Shown here: in pieces, positions 1 to 10,751 of the stretch
How the letters are laid out: every line of letters starts with the position of its first letter
Position numbering within the stretch: position 1 is the first letter of the stretch
NCBI GenBank assembly: GCA_963662545.2
Contig: CAXXLL010000002.1
Location: 704,001 to 768,000, forward strand
Length of the DNA: 64,000 nucleotides
Source of the DNA: Gammaproteobacteria bacterium
Lineage (GTDB): Bacteria > Pseudomonadota > Gammaproteobacteria > Ga0077536
Direction: 5' to 3'
Notes under the pieces: generated by a model
Told to the model about the DNA's origin: nothing
Database searches by the model: none
The model's input: the letters and a program-made list of their open reading frames with translations, nothing else
Program-made: the position numbers and the translations under genes

Positions 1-253
1 AGAGCTTGTCCTTGGTGGGCATATCCGACGGGTTGCCGTCCCACTCGAGCACGCGCTTGTCGATCGGGTTGACGTCCTGAATAAAGGGCAGCTTAACCTT
101 CAGGCCGGCGGTAGTCACGGGCGCGCCGACCGGCTTGCCGAACTGCGTGATAATCATCTGCTCGACTTCGCTCACGGTATAGATCGAACTCATCGCGACG
201 AACGCCCCGATGCCCAAAACCACCACGATAGCTATTTGCTTGATCTCATTCAT
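1..253 (-). CDS. hflC: HflC protease modulator (SPFH), 5' part, runs off the window
   Basis: Manual translation MNEIKQIAIVVVLGIGAFVAMSSIYTVSEVEQMIITQFGKPVG...IDKRVLEWDG; ATGA overlap with the hflK stop. Confidence 0.9.
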   Translation of the reverse strand, partial: MNEIKQIAIVVVLGIGAFVAMSSIYTVSEVEQMIITQFGKPVGAPVTTAGLKVKLPFIQDVNPIDKRVLEWDGNPSDMPTKDKL

Positions 254-1335
254 GGCCGATCTCCCTGCTGGGAGTCGAGATTCATCAGCAATGGCAGGAT
301 GCTGCGCGTCTGTTCATCGACAATGATCTTGGAGCGTATGCCCGGCATGACGTCCTGCAGGGTCTCGATATAGATGCGGCGGCGAGTGACCTCTGGGGCC
401 TTGCTGTATTCGGCCAATAAGGCACTGAACCGAGCGACATCGCCTTCCGCTTCATTGATTCGCTTGAGACGGTAGCCGTCGGCCTCGCGAATGCGCTGAT
501 CCTTCTCTCCCTCGGCCAGCGGGATCACCTTGTTGTATTCGCGCCGGGCTTCGTTGATCAGCTTCTCTTTCTCCTGCTGGGCCTGGTTGACTTCGTTGAA
601 TGATTCCTGCACTGGTTCGGGCGGATTGATGTTCTTCAACTGCACTTGGTCAATGCTGATCCCCATCGCGTACTTGGTTGAGAGCGCCTGCATCTTGATC
701 AGCGTTTCCGTTTCGATTTCCTGTCGGCCGATGGTAATCACCTCGTCCACGGTGCGATCGCCGACGACTTCCCGCATGACGGATTCGGAAACGTAGCGCA
801 GGGTTTCACTCGGTTCCCGAACCTCGAAAAGGAATTTAACGGGATCCGAAATGCGGTATTGAACCACCCATTCCACCAACGCAGCGTTCAGGTCACCGGT
901 CACCATCTCCGTTTCCCGCTTTTCATCGTGTGAACTCTGGTACGGATCGCTGGCGCCTGGGGTCGTGAACCCGAATTCCTGCTTCAGCTGCCGTTTGACA
1001 GGAACGATCGTTGCCACATCAATACCCAGTGGCAGCTTGAAATGCAGTCCCGGCGGAACGTCCTTGAGATATTTACCGAAACGTTGCACGACAGCGACAG
1101 AGTCGCTCGGCACAGTGTAATAGGCCGTCCATGCGCCTAGGGCGGCCAGAGCGAGGACGGCAAGGACGATTACTCCGCGCGGGCCACCACTCGGCATGAC
1201 CTGCTTGAGCAGATCCTGCCCCTGCCGGACCAGATCCTGAATATCGGGAGGAGATGACCCCCGGCTATCCCGTGGGCCGCCCCGCCCGCCGTTACCTTTC
1301 TGCGGTGGCATTGGGATACCCTCTCTTGTGCACAC
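250..1335 (-). CDS. hflK: HflK FtsH protease modulator (SPFH/band 7)
   Basis: Gly-rich N-terminus, TM helix, VVQRFGKY..PGLHFKLP, MVTGDLN, APEVTRRRIYIET. Confidence 0.93.
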   Translation of the reverse strand: MCTREGIPMPPQKGNGGRGGPRDSRGSSPPDIQDLVRQGQDLLKQVMPSGGPRGVIVLAVLALAALGAWTAYYTVPSDSVAVVQRFGKYLKDVPPGLHFKLPLGIDVATIVPVKRQLKQEFGFTTPGASDPYQSSHDEKRETEMVTGDLNAALVEWVVQYRISDPVKFLFEVREPSETLRYVSESVMREVVGDRTVDEVITIGRQEIETETLIKMQALSTKYAMGISIDQVQLKNINPPEPVQESFNEVNQAQQEKEKLINEARREYNKVIPLAEGEKDQRIREADGYRLKRINEAEGDVARFSALLAEYSKAPEVTRRRIYIETLQDVMPGIRSKIIVDEQTRSILPLLMNLDSQQGDRP

Positions 1336-1677
1336 TATAGGCGCGTGTTGGCAGCACGTTATCGAACCCGCTAAGAACGAAGGGCCTCCTGAAGGTCACT
1401 GTCATCTTGCTCGCGCGTATCGTCATTTGATACCTCCTGGTATACTTCGTCAAAACCTTTCGGACGAAAGGTGCTCGAAATTAAGAGCGTATCCGACTCA
1501 TCAAGTTTGCCATTCAAGCTGCCTTGCGTTTGTAGTGTAACTGCCGGCTCTGTTCAAACGGGTGCCGATTGATATTCTGTCGTATCGATAAAATTTTCTC
1601 GCCTCGTCCATAGTAAACGTCGGCCGGTGTGACGTTATTGTACTGACCTTTTCTCAGCGACGTTAGCGAGAATCGAT

Positions 1678-1991
1678 GTCCGCTCAGGGTCCAGTCCGCT
1701 CTCCAGTGTGAAAACTCAAAAATACGACGACGAAATAAAAATATTCCCCACCAGCATAGTTGTTATGCCCCTCGAATAGGGATCGGCATTTCAATTAGAT
1801 CCAATTTCGAGGGTAGTTCCCCCACTTTTGAAAAATGAAAATAGTTTTCACACACTCTGGGTCGTCAGCCGCCTTATCGCGGCAGTGCAGCACTGCTCTA
1901 GATTACGTCTGGAGTTCCCTCGATAGCGGTCATCCCGACGATTCCAATGCAGTGCTGAGGGAGGGGGCGGCTCACGGCCACAAGCGGCCAT
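1678..1991 (+). repeat. Multi-hairpin dispersed repeat copy R1, interrupted by a MITE at 1692-1859
   Basis: gtccgctcagggtc|MITE|ggtcgtcagccgccttatcgcggcagtgcagcactgctctagattacgtctgga..tagcggtc..ggccacaagcggcc. Confidence 0.9.
1692..1859. mobile_element. Non-autonomous IS1182-like MITE
   Basis: Ends gtgtgaaaactc / agttttcacacactctg match the IRs of the IS1182 at 9067-10751; GGTC on both sides. Confidence 0.75.
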
Positions 1992-2028
1992 CGCGACCAG
2001 GCAAAAGGCAAGATCTGACCCTTAGAAT

Positions 2029-2223
2029 CTAATATTGCTTCGGACCGGACACGGAATGCACTGAGCCGGAATTAGATTTGCTCGGCGCGACGATCTGACC
2101 GTCTGCATTCGCTGAGACCTGACTGCCGATGAAAAGCAGATTATCGACGAGCCAAACCTGCGAGATTGAGACTGGTATCGGCCAGTCCCAGTGACCGGTA
2201 GGCATCAATCGCTTATTCCGCAC
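2029..2223 (-). pseudogene. RidA/YjgF family N-terminal fragment
   Basis: SQVWLVDNLLFIGSQVSANADGQIVAP resembles a RidA N-terminus; truncated. Confidence 0.55.
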
Positions 2224-2246
2224 TTCCCGTCCCTCCTAATCTTTAT

Positions 2247-3631
2247 GGGTCTACGCGGAAACGTGTGGGTTGATATTGGCATTTCTGGGTAGTGGCGGAA
2301 GAAATGCCGCAATGATTTTCAGTTTGAGGAATTCCTCATCACGATAGCCATAGGCGCGTCGTTGCAGGACCCGGATTTTGTTGTTGACCCCTTCGACCAA
2401 TCCAAGACTGACTTTATTCTTAGCATCACAATAGGAAGCAATGCCATCCCAATGGGATTCAATCAGCTCAGCAAACTTGCGATACGGCGCCAATCGCTGC
2501 CATTTCAGACTGTCCTTCCAGCGCTCGAAAAAGGCACGCGCGCCGCGCTCGGTACGGTAGTCCCAGAGTTGGCCGAAGGTTTCCTTGAGGACGTAGGCGG
2601 TGTTCAGACGCCGGTTGGCCTGGAGCAGTTTTTTCAGGGCTCGTCTGCCATCCAGATTCAGGTTCTCGCGTCGCGAGAGCAAGGTATATCGCTGGCCTTT
2701 GATGTAACTCCTGTCCTTGCCGCGGAGACGTTTGTATTCACGGCGCCGGACTTCATCGAGAGCCTTTGAGAGGTGGCGCATGATATGGAACTTGTCATAG
2801 ATGATCCGCGCCTGCGGTGCGTTGTTCATGACCGAGTTACGGAACGGCTTCCACATGTCCATCGCCGCCAGTTCGATGCGAGCGCTCTTGTTCTCGCCCA
2901 ATGCCTGGAAAAACAGGTCGATGTCAGCCTCTTTGCGACCTTCACCACCGACCCAGATAGGACGCCCCCGATCCAGGTCACTGACGATGACCCGGTAGTT
3001 ATGTCCTTTGCGGATGGAGATCTCATCAATACCGATGGCCCGGGGTGCTGGCATGCCCGCCAGCTCAACCTGCTTTTGCATGTACAGCTTATCGAGGTCT
3101 TTCACCGTGCTGTGGTGCAGGCGTTCCCTCTCGGCGACAGCCTGGTTCGGCATGTCCCGGCACAGCTTGCCCACCTGCATGGCAAAGCGCTGCGTATAGC
3201 GAGGGTTCTTTGCCAGCCAGTCAAGATGTTCTACCTGCACGCCGCCGCACCTCCGGCAACTGACACGCCAGCGTTCGAACTCCAGGTAGATTCGCCATCC
3301 GGCAACTGACAGGTCTCGTACTCGCAGCACCTTCTTGTCGTAACGCCCGCGGCACCGGTGAGCACAGTGAGAACAGATCGCTGTTTTTTTCGCCTCTTGA
3401 GTTGGATCACACGGGCATACCGATCACCAAACATGCCCACCAATTTCGATGCGGCGGTAAAACCAGGGAACGCAAACAGCGCTCGGATCGACTTGGGATT
3501 CTTCATGGCCCTAGCCTACCCACAAAATGAAACCACTTTCACCCCATACGAAATCTCTGAATGTCTACATGATTTCAATGGTTTACACTTGGTCTAATTC
3601 AGAATTTACCCATATGAATCCGCGTAGACCC
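2247..3631 (-). mobile_element. ISL3-family IS, copy 1
   Basis: IRs gggtctacgcgga / tccgcgtagaccc; 8-bp target duplication ATCTTTAT. Confidence 0.95.
2251..3506 (-). CDS. ISL3 transposase (two ORFs joined by a probable -1 frameshift)
   Basis: IGIDEISIRKGH, MDMWKPF, DKFHI, EGVNNKIRVLQRRAYGYR; A7 slippery run at 3384-3390. Confidence 0.9.
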
Positions 3632-3668
3632 ATCTTTATAATACCCAGTTCATCCGGGACCGACCTGC

Positions 3669-4715
3669 ATGCAAGACATCGATCACACTCGACGCGCCAT
3701 GTTGCAGATGTCGGCCGCGAGCGCGCTCCTTGGTGTACTTACTGTGCCGTGCGTCGCCGCGCGGGCAGGTGGGTTCAGCGTGAATCTGTACGTCGACGAT
3801 CATTTGGCTGCTTACGGTTTCCCCGACGGACACCCGTTGGGTATCGATCGGCAAGGCGCGTTTCTGCGCGAGGCGCGCAACCAGGGCTTGGTCACCCGGG
3901 CGACGACGCGGGGCTCGCGCGCTGCTACGCGCGAAGAGCTCGGAAGGTTCCATCACCGCGATTACGTCAGCCGCGTGTCTACGGCGGAGGAAAGCGGTCT
4001 CGTTCTGCTGGACGGCGGCGATACGCCCGTTTTCCCCGGCGTCTATTCCACGTCAGCGCATATCGTCGGCGCCGCCCTCGATGGTGTGGAACAGTTGATG
4101 AAAGCGCACAGCCAGCGCACCCTGCAACCCATCGGCGGATTGCATCACGCGGCACGCGGTCACGCTTCGGGATTTTGCGTGTTCAACGACCCCGGAGTGG
4201 TGATCGAAACACTACGAGAAGTTTATGGCATCAGGCGCGTCGGTTATCTCGACATCGACGTGCATCATGGGGACGGCGTGTTCTACGCATTCGAAGACGA
4301 CCCCGATCTGATCTTCGCGGATATTCACCAGGACGGGCGTACGCTCTTTCCCGGCACGGGCCGAGAGCACGAGACGGGGAAAGGTGCAGCACAAGGCACC
4401 AAGCTCAATATCGAGCTCGCGCCGTATTCAGGGGATCGTGAATTCATGCAGGCGTGGCCGCGGATCGAGGCGCATTTCGAAGAATTCAAACCGGAGTTCT
4501 TCATCTTCCAGTGTGGCGCCGACGGACTGAAGGGTGATCCGCTGGCGCAGCTCCAATATACACCTGCGGTGCATGCGCACGCCGCGAAACGACTGGTTAC
4601 GCTAGCGGATCAATTCGCCAAGGGCCGCATCATGGCGTTCGGCGGCGGTGGCTATGATCGCACTAACCTCGCCCACGCTTGGAGCGCCGTGCTGCGGGAG
4701 TTCGTCGGCAGTTAA
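3669..4715 (+). CDS. Histone deacetylase/AcuC-family Zn-dependent deacetylase
   Basis: GGLHHA, SGFCVFND, DIDVHHGDG, QCGADGLKGDPL, GGGGY. Confidence 0.92.
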   Translation: MQDIDHTRRAMLQMSAASALLGVLTVPCVAARAGGFSVNLYVDDHLAAYGFPDGHPLGIDRQGAFLREARNQGLVTRATTRGSRAATREELGRFHHRDYVSRVSTAEESGLVLLDGGDTPVFPGVYSTSAHIVGAALDGVEQLMKAHSQRTLQPIGGLHHAARGHASGFCVFNDPGVVIETLREVYGIRRVGYLDIDVHHGDGVFYAFEDDPDLIFADIHQDGRTLFPGTGREHETGKGAAQGTKLNIELAPYSGDREFMQAWPRIEAHFEEFKPEFFIFQCGADGLKGDPLAQLQYTPAVHAHAAKRLVTLADQFAKGRIMAFGGGGYDRTNLAHAWSAVLREFVGS

Positions 4716-4910
4716 AGATTCGCCCGCAAGCGTGCGTATGAAGGATCAATTTGTGCCTGACATCCATCGCGGAAAGTTTAGACGTCGTTACACTTCAACC
4801 GGCGCATCCGGCCTACTGGATCAACAAGACGAATCGAAATCTAATCAGACACTGACCGCTATCTCACCCGCCACAGGGATTGGTGTCAGGTCTTGCCTTT
4901 TGCCCGTGAT

Positions 4911-5035
4911 ATCCGGAATGGGTCAGCGGCCTGATCGCGGCAGTGGAGGAGTGCTCTAGATTATGTCTGCAGTACCCTCCATAGCGGTCGCGCAGTAGCG
5001 TTCAACAGAACGTTAATGGAGCTGTTCGGCTCCTA
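4911..5035 (+). repeat. Multi-hairpin repeat copy R2
   Basis: gggtcagcggcctgatcgcggcagtggaggagtgctctagattatgtctgcagtaccctccatagcggtcg. Confidence 0.88.
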
Positions 5036-5162
5036 TTACCTTGACGGAAATGTAATACAGAAGATTTCACTTAGCAGCCCCGATCAGCTGTCCAATCGAT
5101 GGGGTCCACCTCTCTGGCGGATACGGTGTTAATGGGCACCTATTGTCGGTCACAATAAGGCG

Positions 5163-5948
5163 ATGGGTAGGCACGGCCGGACAAGGAGCGCGGCGGCGTT
5201 CGTCATCGCGGCAGGCGTCTGCTTCAAGCCCGTGGCGGCGGACCTTGCGTCAGGTGAGCCGCAGGAGGATCTCTCAATCGCGGCGTTGGAACGCGAATGG
5301 ACTGAAGGCCGGGGGGAGGTGGTGACTGCACCGGGGGGCTGCAGCCTCGGGCTCCACGTGGAAGAGCGCGGTAGGCGCATCATCGGGATCAGTCCACCGG
5401 CCGTGGGTACGCCCATCGCGCACGGCGACACGCTGGTCGCGGTGAACTCGCTACCCGTGGCCGATGGCGCGGCCTTCGACGCCTTGCTCAGCGGCTTGCC
5501 CGGTGCCGGCGTCGCCACGGTTACCATTGAACGATATCGGAAGCTGCGCGATGTCGAGATAGGGTGTGCGGATCGCGACGCTTGGCGACGCAAACTGATC
5601 GAGGGAATCGATGCGGCGCTCGGCGGCCGTTCTTATGAATGCAGGATTGTCACGCTAGAACTCGACGCTATGGCGGGCCTGCGCACCGGGCACGCAAAGC
5701 TGCGTTATGAATGCGCACAGGCCCGGCGCATTGCCGATGGCCGGGCACGGAGCGCGGACGATGCAATGCTCTATTATGAAATCTACTATCGGCTGGGTGC
5801 GGCGGCACGGTTTTCGGGAGCTTACCGTGAACAGGTGCGCGCCGAGGTCGAGCGTGCTGCGGATCATCTTCGCGGGGAGGGTTTCAGCGCGCTCGCCGCC
5901 GAACTTGAGCGTCTGCTGGAGACTCCGACCCGAACTCGTGAGCGCTAA
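5163..5948 (+). CDS. Exported hypothetical protein with a PDZ-like segment
   Basis: Signal-like N-terminus; GDTLVAVNSLPV...VTIER PDZ-like pattern. Confidence 0.5.
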   Translation: MGRHGRTRSAAAFVIAAGVCFKPVAADLASGEPQEDLSIAALEREWTEGRGEVVTAPGGCSLGLHVEERGRRIIGISPPAVGTPIAHGDTLVAVNSLPVADGAAFDALLSGLPGAGVATVTIERYRKLRDVEIGCADRDAWRRKLIEGIDAALGGRSYECRIVTLELDAMAGLRTGHAKLRYECAQARRIADGRARSADDAMLYYEIYYRLGAAARFSGAYREQVRAEVERAADHLRGEGFSALAAELERLLETPTRTRER

Positions 5949-6330
5949 AATGTAGAAGTTCACGCTTGATCGCAATTGGAGAAAAGGGACTGTTTTCTAT
6001 ATCGATTCGGAATACCCGCATCACCGAAAGGAGACGTTGAAATATTTGTGCTTGTACGGCTGGAGTGGGTCCTTTCCGGCCTCCTCGCGGCACCGGAGCA
6101 CTGATTAGGGTTAAGTCTGCAATTCCCTCAGAAGCGGGCATAAACTTCTTCACACTCTGCAAAAGAAAACCCCGCACTGAGGCGGGGCTTCGTATGCTGA
6201 TAAATGACTTGGGAGCGTTCATCGAAACCTGTGACACACGCCGCGGCGGTCTAGAAGGCAAATCGACTTAGATACATATCCATTTAAATGGTTAACTTGT
6301 AAGTACCCAGTCGCGATATCCCGGCTCCCT

Positions 6331-6777
6331 TTAAGCAGCAGCCTTTGCCTTGCTCGCCGAGAAGTGTTGTTCCTTCCCCTGCATCATTTCGAGCGCGGTT
6401 TCGTGGTTCAGGATTTGCGAGACTGATCCGTCTTCGTTGAAGAAGATGCTGGGACCATACGCATTGAACGTGAGCTCCGTTTCTTCGTCGCAGGTCGTGG
6501 TTTCGTGCACGGCACCCGTCGGCTCGTAACCGTAGGCACCCGCGGGAGCTTCTCCCATCCGGTATTTCAGCTTGCCTTTCAGTATCAAGAAGTCCGCAGC
6601 AGCCAGATGTTTGTGCGAAGCAAAGACGGCACCAGGTTGCATGCGAATGATGGCGCTCCAGAAGCCCGTCTCTTCGCTCACCCGCAGCACCTTGATATCA
6701 ACGCCGTCCCCCATTTTTACCCAGGGAAGATCTTCGGTGTGGATCAGGATTTCTGTGTTTTCGGCGGTCGTTGTCAT
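6331..6777 (-). CDS. ChrR-like cupin (2,4'-dihydroxyacetophenone dioxygenase family)
   Basis: LPWV, HKH and YEPTGAVH cupin motifs; GGAGG before the ATG at 6777. Confidence 0.8.
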   Translation of the reverse strand: MTTTAENTEILIHTEDLPWVKMGDGVDIKVLRVSEETGFWSAIIRMQPGAVFASHKHLAAADFLILKGKLKYRMGEAPAGAYGYEPTGAVHETTTCDEETELTFNAYGPSIFFNEDGSVSQILNHETALEMMQGKEQHFSASKAKAAA

Positions 6778-6859
6778 AGCGTGCCCTCCAACATTGGGTA
6801 GACGGTCATGATACTGCGGCGGGAGTGGCGATAAAAGAGAACGCGCTGGGGCCCATACC

Positions 6860-8140
6860 ATGGGGTCGTATCCGGCCCCATCGCGGCACTGCAGCACTGC
6901 TCTAGTGTGCTGTCCCGCAAAGAAGTTTCGAAAGTCGGGCGAGTTTTTTCAAGATTGAATCGGCGGTTGCGGTCCATGCGAAAGGCACGGGGTTGGCGTT
7001 GTGCTGAGCAATATAGTGCTCGATACACGCAATGAGTTCTTTCACCTTTCGGAATGAACCGCGCTTGATAGCGCGCTGACTGATGAGACCAAACCAACGT
7101 TCGACCTGGTTGAGCCATGCAGCGTAGGTTGGCGTAAAGTGGACGTGAAATCGAGGTCGGCGAGCGAACCAGGCACGGACTTTCGGATGCTTGTGCGTGC
7201 CATAGTTGTCCATCACCAGATGCACATCCAGGTCGGCCGGAACGTTTTTCTCGAGGTGCTTGAGGAAGGACAGAAATTCCTGATGACGATGCCGCGCTTT
7301 GCACTGCCCGATGACGGTGCCGTTGGCGATATCGAGCGCCGCGAACAACGTGGTCGTGCCGTGCCGGAAGTAATCATGCGTGACGCCCTCGACATAACCG
7401 AGCCCCATCGGCAGAACCGGCTGACTGCGTTCCAGTGCCTGGATTTGGGTTTTTTCATCCACACACAAAACCAGCGCATTATCGGGTGGATTCAGGTACA
7501 AGCCGACGATATCGCGCACTTTCTCGACCAAGAACAGGTCGGTAGAGAGCTTGAACGTGCGGCTGCGATGCGGCTGGATCCCGAACAACGTGAAATAGCG
7601 ATGAACCGTACTCTTCGAGGGCTCGCTCACGCGTGCAAACGAACGGGTGCTCCAATGGGTCGCGTCCTCCGGTTGCTCGCGCAGCGATCAAGCGCGCAAC
7701 CTCATCGTCGTCATACGTCCGCCGACGATGACCCGGCGGCAGGTCATACAATCCGGCGACCCCGTTGGCGATATACCGGCGACACCAATTCGTGACCGTC
7801 GGATTGGACACATCGAGCTTTCTGGCAAGCGCGCTGTTAGACAGCCCATCGGCTGCCATCACGACGATCTTTGCGCGCCGTGCCAGCGCATGCGGCAGAC
7901 TGCGCGACCTCGCGTAACTGTTGAGGACCTCGTGTCCCTCCTCGCTCAGTTTAACCGTAAAGGATCTGGGTCGACCGCTAACCATCGCCTTGCTCCTGCA
8001 TGACACAATAGCCGATCTGATCATCACGACTTATGAAAGTTCATCGTGGGACAGCACACTAGATTACGTCTGCAATCCACTCAAGAGCGGTCGTCGAGTT
8101 GGTATCTTCGCCTTGCCGTGGGTGCACTGCGGCAGTCCTC
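6860..8140 (+). repeat. Multi-hairpin repeat copy R3, split by IS630 (halves 6860-6904 and 8060-8140)
   Basis: ggggtcgtatccggccccatcgcggcactgcagcactgctcTA|IS630|TAgattacgtctgcaatccactcaagagcggtcgtc. Confidence 0.9.
6905..8059 (-). mobile_element. IS630-family IS with frameshifted transposase (ORFs 7479-8027 and 6902-7630)
   Basis: IRs gtgtgctgtccc / gggacagcacac; TA duplication; VDEKTQIQAL, MDNYGTHK, WLNQVERWF. Confidence 0.93.
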
Positions 8141-8203
8141 ACGCTAAGTTGGTGCATCCCCCGCCGATCGATTCCGAACAGGGTAACCCGGCTCGGCGAT
8201 GAC

Positions 8204-8917
8204 TCAGAGTTCGGCGCGTTTGCTACCCAAATAATCGCTGATCTTCCAGAAATCCCCAGTGAGGCCAATCTCGTCGAGGTATTTCTGCAGATTGTCGATC
8301 CGTGGCATGCGGTAATCTTTAGAGAAGCGATCGAGGCCGCCGATCAATCCTGCCTCGTGCAACGATATGAGGTGGCCGCCTGCGTAATGCGGATTCTCTT
8401 CTCCCCAGCGTTCGACATGTTCTTCAGACCTGAAGAAATTGAGTCCGTTTCAGGCCATTTCCCAGTTGTGAAACCACTCCCGAAAAGGGAGCCCGACATG
8501 GATGCGCAGCTCAGAGTGACTTTGTGCGACGACTTGTCGATCTTTGCAACGGACTTCGAAGGGCTCCCCGCAGTGCGGACAGCACGAGCAGATCAGCGCC
8601 TCATCGTCGGGGAACATGTAGGACAGCCCCAATGCGTCGAGTCCACATACCGTGTAGGCGGTGTGCCCGCCACTGTAAGTCACATGATGGATTGTCGGGA
8701 CATTCGAGTACGGAAAGGCCATCAGCAGGTTCTGTGTACCACGAACGCGGACGATGTCATGCTGCCTTTCCAATTCGTCCAAGACCTCGATCACACGTTC
8801 ACGGCTGATGCTAAAGTGCTGCATCAAGTCGCTTAAGTTGGGCGTGCGGCCTGTTTTGTAACAATGATCGAGAATGTGCAGACGAACAGGCTGCGAGAGT
8901 TCGAGTTTGTAAGGCAA
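8204..8917 (-). CDS. MerB-like organomercurial lyase family protein, probable selenoprotein (UGA at 8450-8452)
   Basis: HTH, AFPYSNVPTIH, VCGLDALG, CPHCGEP; frame stays open past TGA as NGLNFFRSEEHVERW...GLTGDFW; GAGGAGG before the TTG start. Confidence 0.82.
8420..8452 (-). promoter_or_regulatory. Candidate bacterial SECIS element
   Basis: UGA AACGGACUCAAU UUCUUC-AGGUCU-GAAGAA: perfect stem with the AGGUCU apex of the E. coli fdhF SECIS at near-identical spacing. Confidence 0.75.
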
Positions 8918-9066
8918 GTTACTACCTCCTCATGCCGCTGGGGTGAACGTGCGCGGTCAGCGGAACGAGCGCGCGGCTCTACTCGAGTATATAGGCAAGA
9001 AAAGCGGGGTTGTAAGTACAGAAATTTTGGGGTCAGGGTAAAAACCCATTAGGACCGCTTCGGGTC

Positions 9067-10751
9067 CAGAGTGTGTGAAAACTCGGAATGAAGAGGAATC
9101 ACGTCGAGAACTCCTCGTCAGACGCAACGCGGCGCGGTTACGACGGCCGCGCTCGCGGTCCAATGCGATCGGTTAGTTAATGGAACATTCCTTAGAACGG
9201 CCCCAGAAGCCGGCAGTGAAGCCGTGGATCAGGGAGTTTTCGAGGCCACAGAGGGTCTCATGCCGTCATCGCTTCGATGAGCGTAGCGACACCCAGTAGA
9301 TTCATCACGCGTTTCATGTTGTAAGCGAGCACGTGCAGACTCATTTCCGTACCAACGTGTTTCAGCGTGCGCATCTGGAAGTGGGTCGAACCCATCCAGG
9401 ATTTGATCGTGCCAAATGGATGCTCGACCGTCTCTCGGCGGACACGCATAGGGTCAGGTTCACGATCCAATCGCGCCTGCACCGCTTCAACAACCGCTTC
9501 ATGTTCCCAACGGCTGACGCGCCGGTATCGACCCGTTGTGCATTTAGATTTGATCGGGCAGCGGGGACACGCCGAACTCCAGTAGCGCCGGATCTGCTTG
9601 CCTTTCTCCACTCGGGTGAACCGGTAAATCAGTCGCTCACCGGCCGGGCATTCATACGCATCCTCTTCGGGTTGGTAAATGAAGTCGCGCTTGCCAAACA
9701 AGCCCTTCGCCTGGTTACCCGAGGTCTGCGGTTTCGGCAGATAGGTCGTGATGCCGGCTTTAGCGCACGCCAAGATCTCTTCGCCACTGAAGTACCCGCG
9801 ATCCGCAACGACGGTCAACTCCTTCTTATCCAGCGCCTCTTTGGCTTTCTCCGACATGTTCGACAGTTGCGCCCGGTCATGACCTACGTTCGTCACTTCA
9901 TGTGCCACAATCAGATGACTCTTCGTGTCGACCGCCGTCTGCACGTTGTACCCCACCATGCCGCTGCCACGGCCGCTCGTCGCCATCGAGCGCGCGTCCG
10001 GGTCCGTCAGTGAGACCTGATGGTCCGGCGTCTCCTCGAGCCGTACCTCGAGCTTTTTTAGGCGGCCTATCTCTTCCTTCAGTACCTCGATCTTGTCCTT
10101 CAAACGCTGCGACTTGTCACCTGACACCGCACGCTCCTGGCGGTCGGCACTTGCAATTTCCGCCAGGTACCGCTCAACGCTCTCGTCAATCTGCTGCAAC
10201 CGACGTTTCAGCTTCGCCTTCGTGAAGTTCCGGTCACGGTTGTTTACCGCTTTGAACTTGCTGCCATCTATCGCCACGAAGGCTTCCGAAAACAGCTGCA
10301 GCTTACGGCACAGCATCACGAACTCCCGGCATACCAGACGAATGGCGTCACCGTTATCTTTGCGGAAATCGGCAATGGTCTTGAAATCAGGCGCCAGACG
10401 ACCCGTCAGCCACATCAGTTCCACGTTCCGCTGCGCCTCCCGTTCCAGGCGACGGCTCGATTGAACCCGGTTCAGGTAACCGTAGATATAGAGCTTCAGC
10501 ATCGTCGCCGGGTGATACCCCGGTCGACCCGTCTCATGCGCATCGGTTCTGAAACTCAGACCTGACAGATCCAACTCATCGACGAACACATCGATGACCC
10601 GCACCGCACTCTCCTCAGCGACATAATCGTCCAGACACTCGGGAAACAGCGTTGTTTGGCGGCGGTCCGCGCCTTCAATGAACCCGCTCATCAACGACTC
10701 CCCAGGACCGAAAGAGTGATCTTATCTGATGCAGAGTTTTCACACACTCTG
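9067..10751 (-). mobile_element. IS1182-family IS
   Basis: IRs cagagtgtgtgaaaactc / gagttttcacacactctg; 4-bp duplication GGTC. Confidence 0.92.
9258..10694 (-). CDS. IS1182-family transposase
   Basis: GRPGYHP..LYIYGY, SSRRLE, PDFKTIADFR, AIDGSK, ADRGY, VEHPFGTIK. Confidence 0.95.
   Translation of the reverse strand: MMSGFIEGADRRQTTLFPECLDDYVAEESAVRVIDVFVDELDLSGLSFRTDAHETGRPGYHPATMLKLYIYGYLNRVQSSRRLEREAQRNVELMWLTGRLAPDFKTIADFRKDNGDAIRLVCREFVMLCRKLQLFSEAFVAIDGSKFKAVNNRDRNFTKAKLKRRLQQIDESVERYLAEIASADRQERAVSGDKSQRLKDKIEVLKEEIGRLKKLEVRLEETPDHQVSLTDPDARSMATSGRGSGMVGYNVQTAVDTKSHLIVAHEVTNVGHDRAQLSNMSEKAKEALDKKELTVVADRGYFSGEEILACAKAGITTYLPKPQTSGNQAKGLFGKRDFIYQPEEDAYECPAGERLIYRFTRVEKGKQIRRYWSSACPRCPIKSKCTTGRYRRVSRWEHEAVVEAVQARLDREPDPMRVRRETVEHPFGTIKSWMGSTHFQMRTLKHVGTEMSLHVLAYNMKRVMNLLGVATLIEAMTA

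Noticed and set aside
8099-8836. 245-aa plus-strand ORF
   Set aside because: Antisense to the MerB-like gene, which has an RBS, family motifs and a SECIS-like hairpin
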